A stretch of DNA of 28,410 bases from a virus (Duplodnaviria; Caudoviricetes). Both the position numbers and the translations under genes were made by a program. Below are positions 16,137-25,300 of this stretch, one piece after another (position 1 is the first letter of the stretch; each line of letters opens with the position of its first letter). The notes beneath the pieces are model-generated. The model saw only the letters and a program-made list of their open reading frames with translations. It was not told the origin of the DNA and searched no databases. The stretch lies in IMG/VR virus record IMGVR_UViG_3300034100_000009, positions 1 through 28,410 of that record; one strand, written 5' to 3'.

Positions 16137-16721
16137 ATGAGCGATATATTTAACAGCGGAAGTACTTCTCAGTTGAACTTATCTGGGTCGTGGCTGTCTG
16201 CTCCGCAGCATAGGCCCAGGATCTCGTACACCCGAGTATACGTCCCCCCAACTGCTGGGACGACTGCCATTGATCCTGTTCCTTCTACACCAGCGACTCT
16301 AAAACGTGTAGCCAGAACTGGGTGGGACACATATTCTCGAAGCGCGGAGCCTCTTAGCAGGGGACAGTTTTTTAAATTCTCAGCTACTGGGGTTGGGGCG
16401 TTTGTTGGGGTGGGGAGAGCAGGGCTTGACGGTGCCCAGATGGGCGCGTTTGCGGCTGCGTTCGTTGTTGATGTAGCTGGGCTGCATGTTTACGAGTACG
16501 GGAATTATAAAAAGAGGCTTCACACAACCAGTCACCCTGAGTTCGAGCTGAGAATATTCTTGGGGGATGTATTGACCTGCATGTTTGAGAGTTCAGCTTT
16601 CGTGGGGGAGGTTGCGGTGCCGGCTGGCGACTTGTATGTTTACGGGCACTTGTATAAATCTGGGGACAGACTAAACAACGCTGCATACGCCGATGGCGCT
16701 GTGCAATTTGGAGCTGCGTAA
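16137..16721 (+). CDS. Hypothetical tail-region protein (beta-rich)
   Basis: 194 aa. Pro/Thr-rich segment followed by a beta-rich domain. Stop overlaps the next ATG. Confidence 0.65.
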   Translation: MSDIFNSGSTSQLNLSGSWLSAPQHRPRISYTRVYVPPTAGTTAIDPVPSTPATLKRVARTGWDTYSRSAEPLSRGQFFKFSATGVGAFVGVGRAGLDGAQMGAFAAAFVVDVAGLHVYEYGNYKKRLHTTSHPEFELRIFLGDVLTCMFESSAFVGEVAVPAGDLYVYGHLYKSGDRLNNAAYADGAVQFGAA

Positions 16722-17125
16722 TGGCGCAAACTGCATACGTAACAGAGCTTCCGTGGTCGGCGCTGCCATACGCACTACCGTCGTCTGACGGGCCTGATTT
16801 TGATTTCGATTTTTCGGTAAATGCGGTACTCCCTGCTAGTTTCCAAGACTCCATTTTTCTAGAAATAACCCCAGCATCTAGCGGGATGGTAAGCGTCAGG
16901 CAAGTATACTCCGTCGGGGATGATGGGCTTGGGGCTTGGGTGGAGTTTTTCACTGGGGTTCCTATAGTCATAGAAGTTTTGCCGAAGGCCGCGGCTTCCG
17001 GGTTCGTTGCTCTTCGAATGTCTAGCTGGGATGGGGTGTGGGGACTAGGTACTGCTACCAAACTATATACACCTATCGAAGTGCCGTTTTGGGTCAACTC
17101 CAGGGGGCAACGTGAGGTATTATGA
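16721..17125 (+). CDS. Hypothetical protein, 134 aa
   Basis: TAATG and ATGA couplings on both sides. Confidence 0.65.
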   Translation: MAQTAYVTELPWSALPYALPSSDGPDFDFDFSVNAVLPASFQDSIFLEITPASSGMVSVRQVYSVGDDGLGAWVEFFTGVPIVIEVLPKAAASGFVALRMSSWDGVWGLGTATKLYTPIEVPFWVNSRGQREVL

Positions 17126-18882
17126 GCTTCGTCCCAGACGGCGTTAGGAGCACCAGAAGAAAAAAGATCGGGGATAATCTTCTGGCCCTCGCCAAAGATA
17201 TGAAGCAGATGTGCCTTACCAAGGTAGCAAACGGATTTCGCTACCGGGTTCTGGATCTCGGCGGGGTGGATAAGGTATACATCAAAGCCCCTATGGGCTG
17301 CGCCATCATGTGCGCCAGCAAGTCCGATGTGTTCGTTTGTTCCTCTGAATATTGGCTTGATGTGATCAGCAAAAGAAAAACTCTGAGTGTTGCTGTCCCG
17401 AGGTTGCAACGCACTACAGCGGTCTATCCTGCATACAACAGGTTCTACGAGATCGAAGTTTTGCCTGGAGGTACTCCGGTGCAATCGGAGCCTCTCGCCC
17501 TCGGACAAGATGCCGCCAGAGGGATAATCCAGCCGGTCTCAGTTCCTCTTAGTATGTCGGAGCTGGTGATCAGGTCTTTGTCGTTCTCAAGAAATTTGAC
17601 AGCCACCCCATACAATGTCGGAAGTCCTGATAATTGGGCGGATTATTTCTGGAACCCAGAGCGGCTTGAGATAAGCACCGATCTTTTTCTTGGGTCCGGC
17701 GCAGGGGAGAACAGGTACGGAGTAATCCGCGGAGTCGATTATCAGTACCATTCGTCCAGTTGGACCGTCCAGCCCATAACAGGAGGCAAGTTCGTTTTCT
17801 ACTACGGATCAAATGCCCCATGGTTCTCAGATGCTCTCTCGATGGTGACGACTCCTGCATGGGTGGTGGATATGTCTGATCCTGCGAATACTTCCTTCCA
17901 AGCATTGTCTGCGAACGATCTGTGGGCTGACTTACCTTTCACTCTGCTCTTAGGAATTTACACTTTGCCGTCGCTTTCTGCGAGTAATATTCTTTTGCAC
18001 CCTATCGGGTGCTACGCGCACGGGAACACTATACTCAATGTAATTTTCAACCGCCCTGTTTCCGGAAGCTATTTTTACGGAGAAGCTGAGGCGAACAGGA
18101 AGTGGCATATCTTCTACACGTTGAAGGTGGGCGATGTGGTGCATACAGTCAACGGGGATAACATCTACGCTGTGCTTTGCCAGATTCATGGTGTTCCGCC
18201 CATTCCGTACAGCGCAGTGTGGTCGTCAAATTTAACAGCGTTGCAAGAGATGGCCCAGCAGCTTCTACCATACCCAAATATCTCACACTACTGGAGGCAC
18301 CCTCACGATTCTGCAATGTTTCATGGCCCGGGGGGGATCTATACCTGGACCCGTGGGGACGGGGCAGTGCGGTGGGGAGAGACCGGGCTTGAGATTGTTA
18401 CCATCAATGTCCCGGCGGCAGTATCCTCAGAAGCAGGAGTTCGTCCAGAAATAACTTATGGGGATGATACTTTTTTGTGTGTTTGCAACCGCATCGGTGA
18501 TAAGATAGTAGGTATCTACACAGGCTCTCCGTTCGAGGGGAGTTGGGCCACTGTTGCCCTGCCAGTGAGCGGGGATCTCGTTTATGTCAGGCCTATAAAA
18601 GTGTCGGTCGCTTCTTTGAAATTGTCCGGGGTTGTCAGGACAGTGGTGGATGGGAAGTACAAATTTAATTTGACCGTGCTTACCGGCGGTGTTTGGAAAC
18701 TTCTGGCCGCAATAGACGCCCCCGATACAGAGGCGCATTATAAGTGGGATGTTTGTTTCTACGGGGAAGGGGATTTCACCGCAGATATGTTGAAGTTCCA
18801 AGCTCCGCCGGCGGCTACACAACAGCCGTGGCATCTTCCATACGCTGAATACCCAGCAGTGTCTTTGCCTGGAGGTTATTGA
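17122..18882 (+). CDS. Hypothetical large beta-rich tail protein (possible spike or receptor-binding protein)
   Basis: 586 aa, aromatic-rich, GAGG SD, within the tail cluster. Confidence 0.7.
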   Translation: MSFVPDGVRSTRRKKIGDNLLALAKDMKQMCLTKVANGFRYRVLDLGGVDKVYIKAPMGCAIMCASKSDVFVCSSEYWLDVISKRKTLSVAVPRLQRTTAVYPAYNRFYEIEVLPGGTPVQSEPLALGQDAARGIIQPVSVPLSMSELVIRSLSFSRNLTATPYNVGSPDNWADYFWNPERLEISTDLFLGSGAGENRYGVIRGVDYQYHSSSWTVQPITGGKFVFYYGSNAPWFSDALSMVTTPAWVVDMSDPANTSFQALSANDLWADLPFTLLLGIYTLPSLSASNILLHPIGCYAHGNTILNVIFNRPVSGSYFYGEAEANRKWHIFYTLKVGDVVHTVNGDNIYAVLCQIHGVPPIPYSAVWSSNLTALQEMAQQLLPYPNISHYWRHPHDSAMFHGPGGIYTWTRGDGAVRWGETGLEIVTINVPAAVSSEAGVRPEITYGDDTFLCVCNRIGDKIVGIYTGSPFEGSWATVALPVSGDLVYVRPIKVSVASLKLSGVVRTVVDGKYKFNLTVLTGGVWKLLAAIDAPDTEAHYKWDVCFYGEGDFTADMLKFQAPPAATQQPWHLPYAEYPAVSLPGGY

Positions 18883-20081
18883 TGCAGGGATCGAGTTCAC
18901 TTTCAGGATACGCCGGGCAGACGATAACCTGCGCCGGAGTTGGGGCGCTGCTCGCAAATAACTTCGCTGCACTTCTTTCCGGGGATGGGTCGCTTAATGC
19001 CACCGCCAGAGTTCCGGCGAGCTGTCTCTTATCAGGGGCCGCGACTGTCACAGTATATACCCAGCAAGCTGCCGCCGCTGCCGCCACACTCCCGGCGATA
19101 GTAGGGCTTTCAGGTGACTATGCCTACTCGGTTGCTAATGCCGCCCTCCCCGCGCTTACTGAGTACGCTGACGGCGGGCTTTATGCCCCGGCCGTTCCTG
19201 TAGGGGCTGTGGGAGACCTCCCTGCGCTGTGGTCTGTAGGAATGATTGTGCAGAGCAACCCAGGAGATGCCGCCGGGGCTCTTCCAGCTATAGGCACCCT
19301 TGCCGGAGATTACGCTTTCGGAGTCGGGGTCGCGAATTTGCCGGTGCCTGAGTCCTTCGGGATGCCTGGGGATGAGTTCGAGGCGTATGTTCTGTCCTAC
19401 GGAGTTCTCGCAGATGGGATGCCTGTAACGATGGACACCGTAATTATTCTCACTTCGGAAGGAACTCTGACAGCTTCGTTCACGGCGGATCGTGTGGCAG
19501 TTACACAGTTCCTTAGCGACATCACCGGTGCGTCGAGCTTCGCTGTCACAGTAGAGCTGCTCACTTCCTTGCTCTCCTCTGGCGGCTTTACAGACTCGAT
19601 GAGTGCCGCAGTTGGTAACAGGGCGGCGGTGGACGGGCAGGTGTGGGTGGTGAATCTGGCCACCGAAGCAAGCAGCCAGTACGACGACTTCGGGTTCAAC
19701 TCATTCTTTACACACGAAGGCCGCCACTACGGCGTTGCCAGCGACGGAATTTATTTGCTCGAAGGGGCCACAGATAATGGCGAAGTTATTGAAAGTATGG
19801 TAGACTTCGGCATCAACGATTGCGGGCTTCCGCATAGGAAGAAAATTCTCAATGTCAGGATCGGCACCACGGCCGGAGCGGACACCGTTCTCGAAGTAAC
19901 GACGGACACCGGCACCAGGGAGTACAAGCTGGAGAAGTCAAAAGAGGGGGACTTTTTCTGGCGGGCCAGGATGCCGCATGTTCAGCAGGGAGTTTACTGG
20001 CGGTTCGTTCTCAAGTCATCCACGCAGTTTGAGTTGAACAGCATTGACTTCGCCCCGGCGAACTTGACTCGGAGGTTCTGA
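18879..20081 (+). CDS. Tail-region structural protein
   Basis: About 400 aa (TTG 18879 or ATG 18882). Recurrent LPA motifs in the N-terminal half, globular C-terminal domain WVVNL...YDDFGFNSF...GIYLLEG. Confidence 0.7.
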   Translation: MMQGSSSLSGYAGQTITCAGVGALLANNFAALLSGDGSLNATARVPASCLLSGAATVTVYTQQAAAAAATLPAIVGLSGDYAYSVANAALPALTEYADGGLYAPAVPVGAVGDLPALWSVGMIVQSNPGDAAGALPAIGTLAGDYAFGVGVANLPVPESFGMPGDEFEAYVLSYGVLADGMPVTMDTVIILTSEGTLTASFTADRVAVTQFLSDITGASSFAVTVELLTSLLSSGGFTDSMSAAVGNRAAVDGQVWVVNLATEASSQYDDFGFNSFFTHEGRHYGVASDGIYLLEGATDNGEVIESMVDFGINDCGLPHRKKILNVRIGTTAGADTVLEVTTDTGTREYKLEKSKEGDFFWRARMPHVQQGVYWRFVLKSSTQFELNSIDFAPANLTRRF

Positions 20082-20082
20082 G

Positions 20083-21054
20083 ATGGCCACACCAGCGGAA
20101 CAAGTAGACGCGATAATCGCAGGAGCCATTGCCAAAGCTGATCAGTACACGGCGTTGGTAGAGGCGTCGGCCTCCGAACTCGTGGCCATAGCCGACGCGA
20201 GCCGGTTTACCAACATTGTCAGGCACAACGTAATTCCGGTTGTGAGCGCCATTGAGCCGGATGTTCCCGAAGTAGAGGACTCCACCTTCGTCTACGAGGT
20301 TCAGTACGAGAAGCTGCTGGCCAGGCTCACCGACGAGCTGGCGAATTTCTTCGTTGAATACTACCCAATCGACAATGATGCTTTCGATGAAGGTATCGCC
20401 TGGCTCAAGACCACCATCGCGAACGGTGGGCAAGGACTGTCTGAAGCAGTCGAGGACCAGATGTGGACTCGTGGTAAAGACCGCCTTGTCCGTGAAGGCC
20501 AGCGTCAGACCGACCAAGTTGTAACAGGCTTCGCGGCCAGAGGGTATAGCTTCCCGCCAGGGCTCATGGCGGCGCAGGTGCAGGCAGTAAACCTTGAGAC
20601 GTTCCAGAAGCTCGGGGAGCTGGCTGGCACAATCTCTATCCGGCAGGCAGAGCTTTACCTTGAGACTCTTAAGTTCGCGGTGGAACTCGCAGTGAAGACC
20701 AGACTTCAGGCAATCAGCGCGGCTGCGGATTACATCCGTGCATTGATGAGCGCCCCGGACGCCGCGGCAAGGATCGCAGCACTGAACTCAGACGCCAAGG
20801 CACGGATGATGGTGGCGACCGCCGACCTGTACCGAGCCAGGCTGACCAAAGACCAGATCCTGCTCAATACCCATGTGGCGAAAGCCGAGGGCGACATCCG
20901 GGCGATCTCCTCGCTGGTACTGGACGACACCCACAGATCGATAGACGAAAAGATCAGAGCATCGCAGGCGGCGGCTACGCTTTACGGAGATACGGCCCGT
21001 GCGGCTCTGTCCTCGCTCAGTGCCATTGCCAGCAACAGCATTGTTTCCGCATAA
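20083..21054 (+). CDS. Helical internal virion (ejection-type) protein
   Basis: 323 aa, Ala-rich and helical, FAARGYSFPPG motif, positioned before the giant virion protein. Confidence 0.6.
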   Translation: MATPAEQVDAIIAGAIAKADQYTALVEASASELVAIADASRFTNIVRHNVIPVVSAIEPDVPEVEDSTFVYEVQYEKLLARLTDELANFFVEYYPIDNDAFDEGIAWLKTTIANGGQGLSEAVEDQMWTRGKDRLVREGQRQTDQVVTGFAARGYSFPPGLMAAQVQAVNLETFQKLGELAGTISIRQAELYLETLKFAVELAVKTRLQAISAAADYIRALMSAPDAAARIAALNSDAKARMMVATADLYRARLTKDQILLNTHVAKAEGDIRAISSLVLDDTHRSIDEKIRASQAAATLYGDTARAALSSLSAIASNSIVSA

Positions 21055-21066
21055 GGAGGGCAGACC

Positions 21067-22383
21067 ATGGCTACTGTAGAAGAGGAAAGAGCAAAAGTAA
21101 AGCTCGTGACCAAAGGGGGGAGCATCTACACCCCAGGGACTCCGACGATGCAGGCGGCCGGGGCTATGAACTCAAATGTTGCTTCTGGGATGCGTGGAGT
21201 AATAGCAGCCGACCCACAGGTGGCCTACGCCGCAGAAGCAGGGCAGGGGATCAGGCAGGCCTACGCAGAAGGCGGGGTTCCGCAGGCGATTGGCAAGACC
21301 ATCGCTTCCACCGTTGCTGCTCCTTACGCTGTTGCCAAGGATACTTTATCAGGGGCCGTAAAGAGTGTAGGCGAGTTCGGGAGAGGGGTTGCTAGGGGGT
21401 TGGGGTTTCGGACTGGAGCTGCTGAGGTTGTCGCTCCGGCGCAGGTAGAGCCGACAGCGGTAGCTCCGCAAGTTCAGGCCATGCCGTCACACGGCGCAGG
21501 CATAAGAGCGGCCACGCAACCGCAGGCTCCTGTAGAAGAAGGCGGCGGGATGATCAGAGACTCCCAGACCGGCGAGGTTGTCCGCATGGATCCGGCCGGG
21601 AACATCTCGCGGTTCGACAGCACTGGTGCACCGATCTCCAAACTATCCGCAAGGCAGTGGGGTGGAGCCGCACAGCAAGCTCCCGCTCCGCGAGGTTTGA
21701 CTGTCACCAATCCTGATGGAACTACTGAGTTCGTCCCTGCTTCAACTGAGCAGGCTCCGCCTGTGTGGGGCCTTCGTCCGGCAGCGCAAGATCAGGTTGG
21801 GGCAGGTGTGGGGTACGCTCCTCGTGAGATCAAGACCTGGGGCGACTGGATGACTGAGAAGAAAGAGCGTGCGGCCTTCGGCCTGAATACTGCTCGGATG
21901 ACAGCGGAAGCTGGTGCCACTAAGCAGCTTGCCGATGCAGGGCAGGTAGCGGCAGAGGGGGAGTCGGCCAGAGGGCTTCGCGCCGCTCAGAAAAGTCTTG
22001 CAGAAGCACAGGCCACTAATGTTCCGAAGCAGACGGAGCAGTTGGGCGAGTATTACAGGGGCGTGGTTGAGGCTTCCAAGGAGAAAAACACCGCAGCCCA
22101 GGAGGCCGCCAAGAGTAAAACAAACGCCAAGATAGTCCAGATGGACACCGGGCAGGTGGACGCCTTGGGGACTCCAATAAAAGGACCTGCTATCCTCAAC
22201 CAAGACGGAACTGCTACCCCTGTGACCCCTGTTGGGCTAAGCGCGAAGATCGCAGACCTGCACGCGTCCCTCGATGCTAAGAAGCAGGCCGAAGTCGCGG
22301 CCAAGTTCGGCAAACGTACAAACGTAGACCCGATGGAACTGCACGATTTTCTAAGGAAGCTCTCAACCGCCGAGGATAAATAG
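21067..22383 (+). CDS. Low-complexity internal virion (ejection-type) protein
   Basis: 438 aa, A/G/Q/P-rich, strong SD TAAGGAGG. Confidence 0.65.
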   Translation: MATVEEERAKVKLVTKGGSIYTPGTPTMQAAGAMNSNVASGMRGVIAADPQVAYAAEAGQGIRQAYAEGGVPQAIGKTIASTVAAPYAVAKDTLSGAVKSVGEFGRGVARGLGFRTGAAEVVAPAQVEPTAVAPQVQAMPSHGAGIRAATQPQAPVEEGGGMIRDSQTGEVVRMDPAGNISRFDSTGAPISKLSARQWGGAAQQAPAPRGLTVTNPDGTTEFVPASTEQAPPVWGLRPAAQDQVGAGVGYAPREIKTWGDWMTEKKERAAFGLNTARMTAEAGATKQLADAGQVAAEGESARGLRAAQKSLAEAQATNVPKQTEQLGEYYRGVVEASKEKNTAAQEAAKSKTNAKIVQMDTGQVDALGTPIKGPAILNQDGTATPVTPVGLSAKIADLHASLDAKKQAEVAAKFGKRTNVDPMELHDFLRKLSTAEDK

Positions 22384-22385
22384 CG

Positions 22386-25300
22386 ATGGCCACGCTCGAC
22401 GAACTTCTGAAACCTGCCCAGGCTCCTGCCGGGCAGACGCTTGCTGACCTCGTGGGGCCTACGGTAGCAGTTGCGCCTATTAAACAAGACCCCGGCTACA
22501 TAGAAACCGGCTTGCGCTCTCTCGCTCGCGGAGGCCTTGGCCTGGCCAGCGGCGTCGGCGCGGCGTCCGAATGGGCCGGTGATGTTACTGACTCCCCCAA
22601 CCTGCGCACCGCAGGGAGGATGATCCAAGATGCCACACAGAAGGAAATATCGAGCGGGGTTGGTAAGCTCGAAGGACCTGCGTTCGAGGGGACTTTCGTA
22701 GAGAATCCGTCAGTGAAGAGAGCAGTAGGACTCGTGGCCGAAGCTGTCCCATCCCTCGCCCTCGCCGTCGGCACCGGCGGGCTCGCAGCCGGCGGGCTCA
22801 GAGCCGCAGGCATGGCGGCGCCCAAAGCTCTCGCAGTAGGTTCAGGCGTTGCAGCCGCGGGGCTCGGGGTTCTCGAAGGCGCCCCGCAGTACATTGAAGC
22901 GAAGGAAGCCGGGAAGTCCATCGGAGAAGCATCTGCTGCTGGTGCGGCCGCTACTGTCGGCACCGCGCTGCTTGAGTACCTGCCAATCTCCAAGATCCTT
23001 GGAGTAGCTGGGAAGGGGGCGCTCAAGGGCGGAGTCACCGGTGCTCTGACGGAAGGACTGCAAGAAGGCACCCAGACCGTGTGGCAGAACCTCGTTGCCA
23101 AGGTCGGGTACGACGATAGCCGCAACCTGGCCACCGGGCTTGTGGAGTCAATGATCGGCGGTGCAGGGGCTGGCGGTGTGGTTGGTGCAGTCGTAGGAAG
23201 AACTGATGCTGCGCAGCACACGAAGGACCGTGCGGCCGAGACCTTGATCAAGAACGCCTTCCCGGGCACGGAAGTATTGGTAGAGGGCGGGCAGGCGAAA
23301 CTGATCAGGGAAATTTCCGGGGGAACGACCGATCTGGCGGTGCCTCTGGAGTCGTTGGCAAAGATGGTAGCCGCCGGGGTGACGGTTGATGAGCTGTTCT
23401 CTGCCAAGGACGAATTGAAAGCACAGGTGGACGCAGCTACCACCGAACTCCCCAACATGGACGACCCAGACAACGCCCTTGCTTTCTTCGAGCAGTCGAT
23501 CCCCAAAGAAGACCAGGCCGCCATGGCCGACGTGTTCGCCAACATCCGGCAGAATAACCTGCACAAAGGCGTGACGTTCCCTCAGCAGCTTTTCAATATG
23601 GTCGGGGGAGTTTACGAAAGCCGGACCGGTAAGAAGCTGGACATCCTTGGTGGTGTCAATGACGAGGCTGCTGCGCCTAAGTTCGCCAGGCTTGAAGACG
23701 GGCCTGACACCCTGCGGTACAATGTCAGAGGTAAGGACTACGCATACGCCCCGCTTGAGGGGCAGACTGTTGATGATCTGCGTGTTGGGGTGGAAGGAAA
23801 GAGCCCGGCCGCAGCAGTAAACTGGTTGAAGAAGAACTCCCAACTCGTAAAGGAGGTTCCAAATGTCCAGACTGATCAAGTGGTTCCTGAGCCTGTTGTA
23901 CCCCAAGCCAAAGAAGTCGTTGCGCCTGTTGCACGAGGAGACGAAGCTGTTACGGGCGGCGTACAGGGCGAACCTGTTCCAGCAGCGGTTCCGCCAGAGC
24001 AGGTAGTTGCTCAGAAGAAGGCGAGAAAACCGAAGGGCGCAGCTCCGTCTGACGCAGCTCCGTCTGACGCAGCTCTGCCGGAAGTAGAGACTGATCTAAT
24101 TACACCGGCCGAGGATACTCTTGTAGGGAAGAACATGAGCGGGGAAGCTCTGTACGACCGAGCCGACGGGTCGAGATACCGGATGCGCACTGACCGTGCA
24201 GACAGACCTGGAGGGTACCTAGATTTTGGTGGTGATCTTGCCCCTGTAGCCGCCGAGGCACCAAAGCTATCCACCGGTGTGAAAACCAAAGGCCAGCGGC
24301 CGTCGAAAGTCAAAGCAGAGATCGAGGAGAAGTACGGCTCGCTTGAGAAGGTGATCGCTTCCGGTAAGCTGAACATCCTTAGAGCCTCAGATGGGATGCC
24401 GGAGGGCGTAGCCGCCGGGTCAGAGATATATTCGGCCGATGGAAAGACGGTGGTTGGCGCTTATGTTGGTGGGAAGGTGTACCTCGTCGCTGATGCCATC
24501 GCCCCCGGCGAGGCTCCTGGCGTTTTCCTCCATGAGGTTGCTCATCGGTTGCTGGACCAGGATACTGCGTTCAAGAGTGCGAAGGCCAAGATCGTCACCG
24601 ACTTCGGCAAACTCGGCACCAAAGCGGCCAAGGACGCCAGAGACAAAGTACCTGCGAACACACCCGCCGCAGCCGTTGGCGAGGAGGGGCTGGCCTATTT
24701 CCTGCAAACACAGGAGGGGCGCAAGAGCAGCTTGTGGCGTAGGTTGGTGGTCGCCGTGCGCTCCGGCCTCCGCCGCCTTGGGCTCGACATGCAGTACACC
24801 GAGGACGACATCCTTGAGATGTTCACCGCCGGGGCGCGGAGTTTTGTGCAGACTGGTGGGGTCGAAGGAACTTCGGTTACTTCTCCTGCTATGATGTCAA
24901 TGCGCGAAGCGGCCAAGGCCATATTCTCCAAGCTCGACCAAGTATCCCGAGCCAGCTTCCTGGGCATGAAGGCGCAGGGGGTGGTGAACTTCCTCACCAA
25001 GCAGGGCGTGAAGAAGGCGGAGATGGAGGCGGTGGGGCTGAATGAGTGGCTTGCCGCCAGGAAGCCCACGGACAAGGTGACGCAGGCGGAACTGGTTGAT
25101 TTCGTCAAGGCGAACACCGTTGAGCTTGAGGATGTGGTGTTGGGGGGAGAAACATCCACGCGGCTGCAATGGCAGCTATGGGACAAAGGTAGAAACGAGG
25201 CGATTGCCGCTGGGGATGATGTTGCAAAAGCCAGATGGGAGCGCGACCTGCGACCGCACCAAGAAATTCTGCAAGTTCAAGTCCTGGTAGATGGAACAAA

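Noticed and set aside
16112-16145. Internal promoter at TTGACA 16112
   Set aside because: No acceptable -10 hexamer at 16-18 nt spacing.
16384-17508. 374-aa minus-strand ORF
   Set aside because: Antisense to three coupled plus-strand genes, with no recognisable motif. Treated as a shadow ORF.
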